Positions 10,099 to 22,960 of a stretch of 64,000 bases of DNA are shown here, one piece after another (positions within the stretch are counted from its first letter, which is position 1; each line of letters starts with the position of its first letter). A program made the translations under genes and the position numbers. The notes below the pieces were generated by a model. It ran no database searches and was not told the origin of the DNA. It saw nothing but the letters and a program-made list of their open reading frames with translations. Location: the NCBI GenBank assembly GCA_973851085.1, contig OZ316776.1:6882001-6946000 (forward strand), given 5' to 3'. This DNA comes from Ptychomitrium polyphyllum (taxonomy: Eukaryota).

Positions 10099-12048
10099 TT
10101 TCTTGACCCGTGTAGAGAATTGTTACAAGAGCGTAGTTGTGTACGAAGACAGGAATGATAATTCATTGGACAAGACGCAGCTGGGTGATCAGTGATGATT
10201 GCAGATGCGTTTATGTATTTTAAAAATTCTGTACGAAGTGCAGCAGAAAGGACATTGGACGTGTTTACGCATGATGTTGTACTAGGTATGAGGATTGTGA
10301 GAGAGTTGACAAGTTGTATGTACATCTGCTGAAGGTTCCATGAATTGCTCAGGAGAAGAGTTTCCCACCTAGCACAAACAAAGTATTGTCCTGCAGTATC
10401 CTAGGTATTGAAGATCAAATCTTGTCGTTTCTTGTGAAGACGTGATAGCTCAGAACGCACAGCTTCTCTCTCTTCATCGTATTTCCCGTTATCTGGATTG
10501 TCAACTCAACTTCTATTCAGAAGCGAGAAGGTTTTGCAGATCACACCACAGTAGTGCCACTTACGGGAAGGATTCCCAGGCAATCTATCAATGTTTCTGT
10601 GTATCTACTCTCGATCGCAGATATTTGGGCAATCGAACGAACACAGACGACTTCTGAGCTCTCTGAGTCTTTCAACAGTCCGGACTCAGATCTTGTGAAG
10701 CAGGAATTGAATTACTGCAATAAAAATCCTAGGGCCAAGATTGAGGCCCGGCGTGATCATCGCAAGGCACGCCTAATCACGTAACCTAGAAAGTTCATCT
10801 TCATCTTACAGAAGGAATTACAATTGCTCAACACTAAATTTTTCGAACAATGCCGAGAAATTATCACAAGTTGTAGCGGCTTGCCTGCTTTAGCATAACT
10901 TACCGCCAGTAGGTCGGCAAATTTTCATTGCCAGCGCCAGTTGATTTCAGAAGTTTTTGAGGTGGTTTGACCTGGGGCACTCCGGTGCTGCAAGTACGTA
11001 AATCTTCCTTTCTTCAATCGTCCTGGCAATTGGCAGATGTGAGTAAACTTACCCATCATGGTTTCCAAGCGAGTCAGTAGCTACGCGCATGTCGTAGGCT
11101 CGGTGTGTGAGATTGCAGAGTCGGAGAGCTGAATCGCCACGTTTCTCGCAGTTGGCACGTTTGGGTGTCAAATCGTGGGTTGTCAATTGAGTACCCGTAC
11201 CAGGATCTGCGATTGATTGCGGTGCGTCGTATCATTGCGGCGACGATTTTGGACAAATACATCGTCGTTGTAATGGAAGTGACGCGTTTTCAAGGGAAGA
11301 TTTAGAGGTGGACAAGGTGACAGTAGGCTTTCTGTGTTGCGTTACTAGAAGCTTTGCCAGAGTTGCGCCGGTTCTGAATGCTTACACTGTTGAATGAGAG
11401 GTTATTCCGTTACGCTCCCGGGTCGACACTTGAGGGGTAGAGTACGTGGTAAGCTGGTGGTAATCGCAGATGCGAGTTTAGGGTTTCTGTTGGAGCGAAG
11501 CAGAGAGCTTATCTCTGTGCATGTTGTGTATATCGTATCTGTGATTATAGATTCATCTCTCAAAACTTTTGTTTTTCAGCTCCTGTGGGACCGGGAGACC
11601 GAGGTGGTCGCGAGAAGCTTTCTCTTGGAGGTCGCTAGTCTGCTCACTATTTGAATTGTCTGCTCCCAATCGTATTTTATGTTGGGCATTGTAGCTGGAT
11701 TAGACGGTGGCGTACGGTTTGGCTGGTGAAGTAACGGGATTTCGATCTGTTTTGTGTAGGAGGAGTCGCTTACCTGATTGTCCGTCACGACTGGAAAATT
11801 AGTAGCTTGATTATCGCTTTTAGTACTGGACGAGGGGTGTAATCAAAATTGGGCAGAATTCGGCTTACACATGTAAAGTTCCTTTTTCAGTAAGAAGCGA
11901 GGATCGTGACAAGGGTTTGTTTTACAGAGCCCGACATGTCTACTGCAAGGGTTAGACGTTGAGGAGGGATATTGAAATTGAGAGAAACACTTAAAAGTTA
12001 TTGGAAGGGCATGCGCATTGACTACTGAGGTACGTTCAATTCAAAAAG

Positions 12049-14854
12049 ATGTATCGTACTCCGGAGTTATACAGGTGTGGCTTTGGCGAGCATTGGCGTC
12101 GCCAGATTGGTGATGTGCGTCCTTCTGCCTTTGCTCGACAAATTGGAGGCTGTGAGGTATGAAATTCTTTTTTGAATTAGGGTTCAATACTTCTCTTATA
12201 CTTTCCTGTAGATGCTGCCGCAAGCAATATCACTTTTCCTGGAATAGTATATGCTTGTCTTGAAAGAGTTTGTTATCTTGTCCCGTTCAGCTCACGTTTG
12301 AACTTTTGGCTTGCAGGATCTTGTCCGGCGTCTTACTAGATTTGCGGAGTTGGAAGGGCATGGAGGGTGTGTGAATACAGTGTCTTTCAATCCAAGTGGG
12401 GAGCTTCTAGTATCCGGTTCAGACGATCAGGAGATAATATTGTGGAATTGGGCAAGCAAAGCGCAGGTTCTGTCCTATGATTCTGGTCACCGAGGGAATG
12501 TGTTCCAGGCTCGGGTGGTGCCCTATTCTGATGACCGCATCATTGTGAGCTGTGCTGCTGATGGCCAGGTGTGCTGAACGATTTTTCTCCTGCTTTTCAG
12601 TAATCAAAGCTTATATGAGGATTGAAAAGGTCTTATTCTAAGGCTTGTTTCGTTTGCTCTTTAATTGTACTGATTCTTGCATATCTCAAGTTCTTTGCTT
12701 CTCATTCTTTTCTGTTCAGCCTTTGGATGTGTATGTTCAATCGGGTTTCTTTGCGAAGATACTCGATTTATCATGTGATATTGGGGCAGGTGAGATACGG
12801 GACTATACTGCAAGATGGAACGGTTAGTACGAAGAAGCTTGCAAGGCATAGGGGGCGTGCTCACAAGATGGCACTTGAGCCCGGTAGCTCGCGTATTTTC
12901 TATAGTTGTGGAGAAGATGGCGTGGTTCAACATGTAATTTTGGCTTTCTTCCAGCTTCCTTTCTTTCTTAGTTTCAAACGTAATGAATGCGGTAATTTTG
13001 TGGTTCAGTTTAAGGTGCTATACATGCTGAAATTTTTCTTATTCATTCTTTTGATAACAGAGAGTTTTCTTATAAATTTTAATACAATTCTGGCTTCTCC
13101 TTCGACATGTATGAATGATGTTAGTAAAACTATACAGTAAGCTGCTTAAGAAAATTCGTATACGGTGATGAGCTTATTCTTTTGTTGAGGATTATGTGTT
13201 CTTATGGTTAAAAGAAAGAAATTAATCCTGCAGCTTAGGAAGTTTTTTCTTATATTTGGAGGTGTTCATTTGATAGCTTCGCCTAGTCTTTATTATGTCT
13301 TAACTACGGAAAAGGCAATTGTGCTTTTGTAATTCGTCTCCCACTGGATTGATGTTTCCAGTTCGACTTACGGGAGGCGAAAAGCACGAAGCTTCTTACT
13401 TGTCATCAATACCGAGCAAGATCTGGCAAACCTAGCCGATCGAGAATAGTGCAACTAAATGCCATCGTCATGAACCCTCGAAACTTGAACTATTTTGCGG
13501 TGGGAGGCTCTGATCAATATGCTCGCGTCTATGACATTCGCCGAGTAAATGCCAATGGATTTAAAATGAAAGATCAACCTGTTGAGACTTATGCTCCGAA
13601 ACACTTGCAAGGCCCAGGCAAGTCTCTTACCTTAAATTCTGAACCTTGGAACTTGTGAACAACATAACGCTGACACACTACATATTCAGGACAATTACTC
13701 GAGAATTTTAGTCCTAAAATCTGAATATGACCACAACCCGATTCAATCCAATTCTCAATCCAGGCGTTTGTTGATCTATTCTCTCTATCTTCCGTATCAA
13801 TGAACGGTTTGTGCTAAGCACTTCTTTACACTACGAGGGTTTTTAGTCTTTGGTTGGGTTTGAGGTCTTAGGTGTAGGGTTTGTAGTTGATTGACAATTG
13901 CTGGAATAAATTGTGCTTTTAGGTACTGACACGTTATTGCTGATTTAATGTAAAAATGTGCAGGTCATAACGAACACATAACATGTGTTGCATACTCACA
14001 TCAGGAGGAGCTTCTTGTTACCTATAACGACGAGCTTATCTACCTCTTTGATAAATTTATGAGCTTGGGTACAGAGCCCCACTGCAGAAATGCAGAAGAT
14101 AGCGAGAAGGAAAAGGAGGATGAGAAAGAGGAGGATGTGGGTCCTCATCCTGACACTCCGAAACCTCAAGTGTACGAGGGACATCGAAATCACAAGACTG
14201 TGAAGGGTGTCAACTTTTTTGGTCCAAACTCAGAATACGTCGTCAGTGGCTCAGACTGTGGAAGAATTTTTATTTGGAAGAAGAAAGGGGGAAAGCTTAT
14301 TGCCATGATGAGGGGAGATGATTCCGTTGTGAATTGTCTGGAACCTCATCCTCATGCAACTATTTTGGCTACTAGTGGTATTGATGATACCATCAAAGTT
14401 TGGGCTCCCTTGTCGGAACGTCGTCTTGACCTTCCAATAGATGCTGAAAAAGTATGTCTGTGAATTCGAGTCTTTGCTTTTTCTTTATCTCTTTCTGCTC
14501 CTGCTTGTGATCATTTGTAGGTTTCCTTATTGGTGTTTTTGACATGGTTTCTGTGTTGCTATTCAGATTATGAAGATCAATAAGCGAAGGCGAGAGAATC
14601 ATGCTTCGAATGTTCTACTCACTCCAAATCTTGTCAGAACGTTGTTGCTTTCACGGCATCTTCAGGTTCCTGACGACGACAACGACGATGACGAGGCTGG
14701 CCCAAATCCCCGTGTTTCTTTCGAGGGTGGATCTTTTGGTGATGAAGAGGATGATGAAGCAGGAGAGGACAGTGACAACGATGATGACGACGACGAGTAC
14801 TCCTCTTCTGAAGGTGGAGGTCCCAGAAACCCACGTGAATGCATTGTCAGTTGA
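12049..14854 (+). CDS. DDB1/CUL4-associated factor 8-like WD40 protein with acidic tail and CaaX end, 6 exons
   Basis: Exons 12049-12156, 12317-12568, 12790-12933, 13362-13617, 13964-14451 and 14567-14854. Motifs LEGHGGCVNTVSF, LVSGSDD, GHRGNVFQA, YEGHRNHKTVKGVNFFGPNSEYVVSGSDCGRIFIW and ATSGIDDTIKVWAP. Ends ECIVS*. Confidence 0.92.
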
Positions 14855-17021
14855 AGAGAGTTGAGAGTGGACTACTCACCACTCGTTTGAGTATGAAGAA
14901 GGTGCTAGTGATGATCACCGTGCTTCATTTTTTCATCAGGAAGCCAAGTCTAGTTACCAGACCTATATTTATAGTGTGACAAACAACAGGCTCCGTATAG
15001 AAGAAAAGGAAAAGAAATAGGAAAAAGAAAAAGAGGCCATAGTTTTTACACTTTTGTAGATAGTTATTGTATAGTGGACAGGATACTGGGCATTCAAAGA
15101 AAACACTCGTTAGTCCACTACGGTACTAATTGCAGCAGTTTTCTCGAGATGATGGTTGTGAATTTTATGCAGAAGGTTTTTGTACAGAGATCTGGTTAGG
15201 GTCGCATAGGTTCTTTAGATACTGTTTGTGCAACGGAAAAAACAACGTTCACAGACGAAACAACGTTCAATGTTTGATTTTTTCTGCATGAAATGTGGTG
15301 ACATCTTTGTGGATTTGTAAAAGCAAATTTAGCTTACAGATCGTTGCATTTGAGAGTTCTAGTATAGACGTGGGGTTGGAGTTCACATCATCTCTGAAGC
15401 TAGAGGTGGAGGTGGGTGGCTCAATTTTGCATAGGGAGGTGGTAGGCAATTCGAGAGATTGGAAGAAGCACTTGAGAAGGCAAAAGGAGATTCAAAGGCC
15501 ATGTTTACAAACTCCACGTAGGTACTTCGTGCATCAGATTGTTGTAGTTCTGTGCAGATGGTAGGATCATTATTGGTAAACTGCACGAGATTGATATACT
15601 ATTTTCCCTCTTTATTATGAAAGGTTTGACAAACCCTAACTTGAAGGTGTCAACACGTGCTTGCTCACAAAAATTGAGTTGTCACGTGTTCGTTTCTACA
15701 ATATCCGTTACTGAACGATAATATCGTCATATAAAAGCGTGTCATATTATAGAAGGTAGACTGTACCAACATGTAAACTAGCCATCATTTTTCTCCTATT
15801 CATTCTCATTGCAACTTCTTTGGTATCCTAGCATATACGGAAAACTTGTACTCACATGTACTCCGTGTTTTGGACTACCATAGCACATCTCAGTACAGCA
15901 GTTTATCCTGTAGATATAATGTGGAACGTGAACTTGCTGCAATTGCCTACCCTTCACCCCTGAATGCGGCAGCCCCAATGCATGTGTCTAGCAACATCCA
16001 TCCCACTATGATTGCAATCTACTCATGCTTTTCTTAATTCTACAATAGTGTGCAAGCGTGATAAAGAACTCATCAACTCTCTCCTTCACGACGTTAGTAA
16101 AGTGATCATCTGTGTCAGGAAAGGAAAAAGGAAATACAGTACAGAACCCCTCCCTGATTGGTTTCCACTGCACTTCTCTCTCCTCGTTCCAATAATTTCA
16201 GTTAGCCACAGGGAGCCTCCAGAAGCAAGTTACCCTTTTACATCATAATTCCGTCCACTTTACAACAACCTGCCGGATAATCACACGGGTAACACCTCAG
16301 CATCATACGAGTATCAATCAAGCAGCGTACAGCGTAATGAATTCCCTCAGTCCTGATGTGTAGCATTCCACTCACTGTCAGTGCACTGGAAGTTAAAAAA
16401 GGCATCCCTGAAACCGTCACTTTACTCAAAATCGACATTATCTACCGCAGTCTTCCTTTTTCTTCAAGAAATCTATGATAGGCGTAAACAATATCGAATC
16501 TGTGTAAAGTAAAATGTTAACCTTTGGTAGACAGTGTTGCTTTTGAGAACAGTGATGGTTTAAGGTAAGTATGTCTTCATCCGTGAATCTCGACGTACCT
16601 TGATGTCTGCAGCTTCGCATCATCGGTTATCGATGGTCGATGGTCGGTAATGTTTTTCTTACTATTTCCGATGTAAGCTAAAGTTCACTAAAGTTCTACA
16701 TGCACATCCGTTAGTCCGGTACAGGACTAGAAGAGGTCTCCTAGTTATATACGTGCGATAAAATTCACCGCTGTAGACTCGTCACGCAGCGTGTAGGCAC
16801 GGTCTTCGTGGAGGAGGCGTATCCTGCAACAGCGACAGTACGTCGTTTGCTGCGACGACTTTTTTCACTTGAGAGGTTCATCCTACTTGCCTAGAAAGCG
16901 AAAGCTGCAAAGCCATCACATCAACCATGGGTTATGATCTTCTCCTTCGCGTCCATTGTTGTAGGAAGGCAACTATATATTGTGTTGCTGGGTGCACTGG
17001 ATCCCGTGATGTGACTTGTAC

Positions 17022-20000
17022 ATGATGGCATATGGAGATGGAGTGAGACGGAACGGTAGTATGGAGATTGGAGCTCAGATTGATGTTGACACGGCGGAGA
17101 AGGAGACAGTGACGGCGATGGCGGTAGCGATAGTGGGTCATCCTTCGCTGCTGAAGTGGTCGCCTCCGCGGGTCCACTGCTTCTCTGCAGCTCAATTGGA
17201 ATCGTTGACAGCTATTTGCGACACCGTTGTGCCGTCGCTTCCACCGCCGGAGAACCTTGACCTCATGCGCGGCGTGACGGCCGAGGATGTCACGAGGTTT
17301 TACAAGCTCAAACCGTCGGACGAAGGCGTTATTGACGTGGTGTGTTTTCATCTCTAGAGCTAGTTCAGTGGGTACTGTGTACTCGATCGCAATTAATACC
17401 GAATCTAATCTGCACCTTATCTCGTGAGCCAAGTTTAATTGCTTTTTCTCTGTACGTAATTATGCTTCGGAATCAAAAGGAAATTAGGTTTAGTTAAAAA
17501 CGGCAGGCTTGTTGTACTTATGGCTGCTTTTGTTTTGTAGTTGGCTTGACACGGTACGTCAATTATTTCTTCCTTTTGTTGCCCGGAAAGGACTTGCATA
17601 TTTGCAACCATACTCGTAAAGATATACGGCATCTTGAGTGCAAGTAGAATTGGGTCGTTGAGGATATTGTTTCGGTGTGGGATCTAGTTCTTGAGAGGAT
17701 TACTGATTCTCAAATTCCCTATCTAGACTAAGTTGTATTGAAAGTCTTCATTTATCATCTGGATTAAGAACGGGGACTATGAATCTTAGGTTTATCTAGA
17801 GATTGAAGCAAATTGCGCATTGCAGCGGATCATCAGAACATAAGGGATTGACGTAGTTTGGTGCGAATGATGCAGATTGCTGCCGCTCTGGGGTACCTGG
17901 CCAGGCCTGTCAACTTGAAGACTTTGCTTACGGTGATGCAACTTCTGAGTACAGGATGGGGTACCTTTCTTCTTGGTTCGGTGGGCAGAGTGAACACGTT
18001 TACTCTCAAGTATCCTTTCTTTCGTAAATTCTCAAGCTTGTCTCCCAGAGAGCGAGAGAGAGTGTTGCAGGGCTGGTCAAGCAGCCATCTCTCCTCTATC
18101 CGACAGATGTTTAAGGCCTTGAAGTCCATCACAGCGTGGGCATTCTACTCCAAGGTTTGGTTTGACTCTCTTTTCAGATTTTACCGCATAACTCCAATTT
18201 CTTGGCAAATCTCTTGATTGATACAATCCTCTATTTTCGATGATCAGCTCAACGAGCACGGTGAGAATGCAGCGTGGAAAGCAATCGGGTACGCAGGTGT
18301 CGCACCCGAGGTGAGGAATAGGACGGAGGCTGATTTCAGTCGACGAAGGCCACTTGGAGACAATCACATTGACGCCAAGGAAGCAGGAGTGAGACTCAAC
18401 TCGGTCCTCAAGAGTAAGGGTTTCTCGGTCGTGGAAGAGATCGACAGCTTTAGCTCACAATATGAGAGCTTGGGATACAGGAAGAATGAGGGTGATATCA
18501 ATCTGGAGTGCGATGTGGTGATTGTGGGCTCTGGATCTGGGGGCGGGGTTATGGCAGCTGCTCTCGCGAAGCAAGGATATAAGGTGGTGGTTTTGGAGAA
18601 GGGGGAGTATTTCGCTGCTCAAGATGTGACAACCTTGGAAGGACCAGGCATGGTGAATTTGTTGGAGAAGATGGGATGCCTGGCTACCGACGATGGTGGA
18701 GTAAGCCTTATAGCCGGCAAGACGGTGGGCGGCGGCACGGCCATCAACTGGTGCGTGTCGTTCAAAACTCCGGAGAACGTCCGCAATGAGTGGGTCAATG
18801 ACCACGGCCTCGACGTGTTCAACAGCGAACGATACGACCTGGCCATGCAAGCAGTCTGGGAACGTCTCTCGGTGCAACCAGACGTTGACAAACACAACCT
18901 CCAGAACATGGTGCTCCAAGAAGGCTGCAAAAAATTAGGGTTTCATCACGGAACATTGCAGCGAAATGCTCCCTCCGACCACTATTGCGGCTGGTGCAGC
19001 TACGGTTGCCCAACGGGAAAGAAGCAATCCACTGCTGAGACCTGGCTCGTCGATGCTGTCAACACGGGAAACGCCGTCATCTTATCAAACTGTAATGTAG
19101 AGCACATTTTCCATAGCCCTAACCCAAATTCTAAGAAGGGCAGAAAAGCAGAGGGTGCAGCGGCCACAATTGGCAACGGACCCAATCGGATTTTCATCAA
19201 AGCAAACGCAACTGTAGTTTCATGTGGGGCACTGATGACGCCCGTCCTGCTTCTCCGAAGCGGATTCACGAACCCGAACATCGGGAAGTATCTTCGTTTG
19301 CACCCAGCAAGTACAACTTACGGCTATTTTCCTGAGGGAACTGGACCTGAGGGGAAGTCATACGAGGGTGGGATCATGACAGTGTACGCACCTGTGAATC
19401 TGCGCAAACCAACAGAGTACGGTGGTCTTCTCGAAACCGGAGTGTTCCATCCTGCCGTCTTTGCGGCTTTCCACCCCTGGCGTTCAGGTGCTGATAGCAA
19501 GGAGCGTCTGCTGCGCCATGGTCGGACTTCGCATATCACGATCGTCACCCGTGACAAAGGCTTCGGTACTGTGCAGATTGATAAGGAACGCGATCCGGTG
19601 TTCAATTACAGTATCTCGGCGTATGATGAGGAGAGTTTGGTGGCTGGCATGGTGCAGAGCTTGAGGGTGTTCATTGCCGCTGGGGCTGTCGAGGTTGGCA
19701 CTCAGCAATTAGATGGAGAGCGGTTCAACGTGGAAAGTGAGTCTATCACCTCCAACACTTGAATCAGCGTCTGTGCATTGAGATTTTCGTAATCAGGTCC
19801 TGGAAGGGGGAGCCTTAGTCGAACTCTGATGGTTGTGGTTTTGGAGTTGATTATTGAGCTGGACAGATTACGATGCGTTGGAGTATGTTATTGTTTCACT
19901 TTTTCTTTATCCAGGGCTTGAATCGCGAACTGTCTTGGCTGCCAGGTGCATCTTCGTCGGACATCGAGGCGTACTTGGCGAGGGTGAAGCGGCGTGGCGC

Positions 20001-20241
20001 GAAGGAATCCTCGATTCAGATGGCTTCAGCTCATCAGTTAGGAAGTTGTCGGATGGGCACATGCCCAGCTTCATCAGCAGTTGATCCGAGGGGAGAGTTG
20101 TGGGAAGCGGAGAGTCTTTTCGTTGGAGACGGAAGTGTGCTTCCGACATCCTCTGGCGTCAATCCGATGGTGACCATTCAGGCTATAGCTTATTGCACGG
20201 CAGACTCTGTGGTGCAGTACTTGAGAAAGTTTCAGGTTTGA
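17022..20241 (+). CDS. Long-chain-alcohol oxidase (GMC oxidoreductase, FAO family), 4 exons
   Basis: Exons 17022-17339, 17876-18154, 18248-19736 and 19946-20241. FAD motif DVVIVGSGSGGGV, AGKTVGGGTAINW, HYCGWCSYGC, SAHQLGSCRMG and LPTSSGVNPMVTI. Confidence 0.95.
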
Positions 20242-21736
20242 ATGAGATTTATTTCGTATATAGTGTACCATTCAACTTAGATGGAAGAATTTCACAGATA
20301 TGAAATTGTAGTATATTCATCAAAAGTTATAGAAGATCACATCTTCAGCAATTGTAAGTTGCTGGTAACTTTTAAGGCATTATGTCTCTATCAATTTAAA
20401 GAGATCCACGCTTGCCAGATATCCTCTCCTCAACTATTTGCAGTGTGAATTTCGGTCAGCTGGAGCCATATGCCGGGTTCCTGCCACACCGACATGCTGA
20501 AGGTTCTCATGAGTTCGGATGATCCCCTCCTTCCACTCTTTCCTTTCTGAAGCCTATAGTAGAAGGCATTTGAATACTTACATTTAAGTTCACATCCATG
20601 CCCCGTTCAAAGCTAACCCTATTAAGCAGGGAGTGGCGCCTAAAGCACGAATTGACTTTACCGTCTAAAGAAGGAGAAGAATGGCTCTACCACTCACTTC
20701 TTGTTCTTCATGATATCAACCTACACTGGGAATGAAATCAACTGTATTCTCAAAAGAAAGAATATAAACCTTCTTCATCAGCTATGACTGAATGTCCTTC
20801 CGAAAACACAATGAGTTGATGAAAATTGACGTAAAGTGACCATAGAAGACTGTTTCTGACAGCTTCTCTGAGCAAATCCTTCCTCAATATGCAAACCACC
20901 ATCTGAAACAGATCAACCACAACATTGTAATTCACGAAGGAGTTGCAGCTTCCAAACATCTTTTGTGACAACATGAATAAAATGCCAGCACTCTCGTCGC
21001 GTCGTTTCAAAACCCTTCCTTGTGGCAAATATATCATGCACATAGACATTGCACTCCTACCGGAATTACCATACCATACAGATGTCACACTCCTGTAAGT
21101 AACATTCACATATAAGTTCGCCACAACTACTTAACTCCACAACTTCGCTTCTACTCGGTGATGTGACGTAAGACAAAATTGTTGAACTCAGAAGCTGTAA
21201 TTCATCACCCTCTGGCATCTTCATTGCGTGTTGTCTTTGAATTTCTTAGGCGGCACGTCTATGTGCAGATCACTTGAGCTACGTCCTGTGCTTCTGATCT
21301 GCATGATTTGTAGTTGCGTTATTACGAGATCCACGATCATATCTGGAATAGTTTTGCCAATTTGTGCACTCTTATGGTAGTTCAATCATGAAGACTTGTA
21401 CTCATTGGGATACTAAAGGTCTCCTAGTTCGCCTCGGCGCATTATGTTGCCCCAGAGAGACTGAGAATGAAAAGGTTGCATTGATGAAGATGTCCTCTTG
21501 CATGGGGACGTTCATGCTTCTAATCAACGATGATCGTCCTTACTGATCTGTCAACCTCTCAGTAAACAAAATGGTCAAATTGAAAATACAAGGCATACAA
21601 AAGTCCCTAAGTAGAGCACTCTGGTATACAAAGAGCACAAGTTCTTGAATATTCCCGTATACATGTTTTAAAGCATGTGTATAACAGCTACTGTATTTCC
21701 AATTGCTTGTTAAAACAGAAACAGCCTCGTTTTTTG

Positions 21737-22960
21737 ATGAACTCAGAGGATGTATGCATTTCGGCATCGAATTCAAGAAGAGTAAAAAGATCAAGTACAT
21801 GTAGATGTTTTTCAGCACTGACTTCAAAGGCGTTAAACCCACATTTGTGGAGTACATCGCCAGAGGAGTTGGTAGAATATGTGCTTGCAAGTCTACCTCT
21901 TGCCAAAATCTTTGACTTATGTACACTCCTTGGTGATATCACCTTTGTGAGATCACCAAAGTTCAGATATATGTGCTCTGAAAGGCATCCAAGACTTTTT
22001 GGTCTTGTGACAAGGGAATTTCGTACTCTAAAATTCCGTCACTTTGTGTACAACATGGAATCAAAAAAATAAATTAACTGTAATCTAGGTGGTATTAAAA
22101 TTTGGCTTTTTAAAATCGTCTTTCTAAAGATAAACCGGCGTTCTCAGCGTATGCCCGTGATGTAGGGCTGGTTTGTTTTGTTCCTAAGGACAGTCTGTTG
22201 AAAACTCCACTGGATTACCAATCTGCATTGGTAATCCAGTGACTAATGAGTGGAAAGGTCTACCTTTTCTACCAGACGGAAATCATAGGGAGTCCAAGGT
22301 CATGCTGCAGCTTATAACGAACAAAGATACCAAATTTTACAAGGTTATCTTGATGTATCGTGGAAGGCATCTAGATTCAAACTAAGCTGCACACCTCTAC
22401 AAATCCGAGAGAGTTGTGTGTAGCTCGATGGAATCTGGTGTAGTTTATGGAGAATTAAAGAGGAACCTCAATTTTACTCATATGGTTAATATTTGCGTTT
22501 TTTGATTGCACATCAAAAGCGATGTATGACCTTGCCGACTGCCCTTCATTCAAAGCTTTAGTCAACAAGGCAAGCAGGTATGGTCCTGCTATTGATTTTG
22601 CGATGAACACAGATCGTAATCCAAGAAAGTATGTAGCAAAAGGCCGCCTGTTTGTAGAGGTATGCCAGAAGCGGTCCTATGGGTCCAAATTTTTTAATAG
22701 AGATAGGGGGTTCGAAGTTGTGGAGTGAGCATGGCAAAGCAGCATATCTGATTTGAGCATTATAAGGAGCACCACCAAAGAATATTTACCAACAGGTTAC
22801 AAGGAGAAATACGGGAAGTATTTATTCGCTGCTGGAGAATCTTTTGTTCGGTTTGCATGCAATCCAAACACCCTGCATTAACTTCTAAGACTTTAAGACT
22901 CGTCCACAAATGGTTGGAATAGCTTTGCAAATGCCTACTGATATCATGCTCACTGCTGCC
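21737..22960 (+). pseudogene. Degenerate intronless F-box / F-box-associated-domain gene
   Basis: F-box LNPHLWSTSPEELVEYVLASLPLAKIFDL...SPKF, followed by frame-shifted or stop-broken pieces RDVGLVCF, IGNPVTNEWKGLP, QLITNKDTKFYKVIL, *AAHLYKS and ICVFDCTSK. There are several in-frame stops. The 3' boundary is approximate. Confidence 0.75.

Noticed and set aside
15295..15564. Protein-like stretch (RLEEALEKAKGDSKAMF)
   Set aside because: Too short and interrupted by stops; no family recognised.
18455..19708. Several antisense ORFs of up to 154 aa
   Set aside because: Antisense shadows of the long alcohol oxidase exon.
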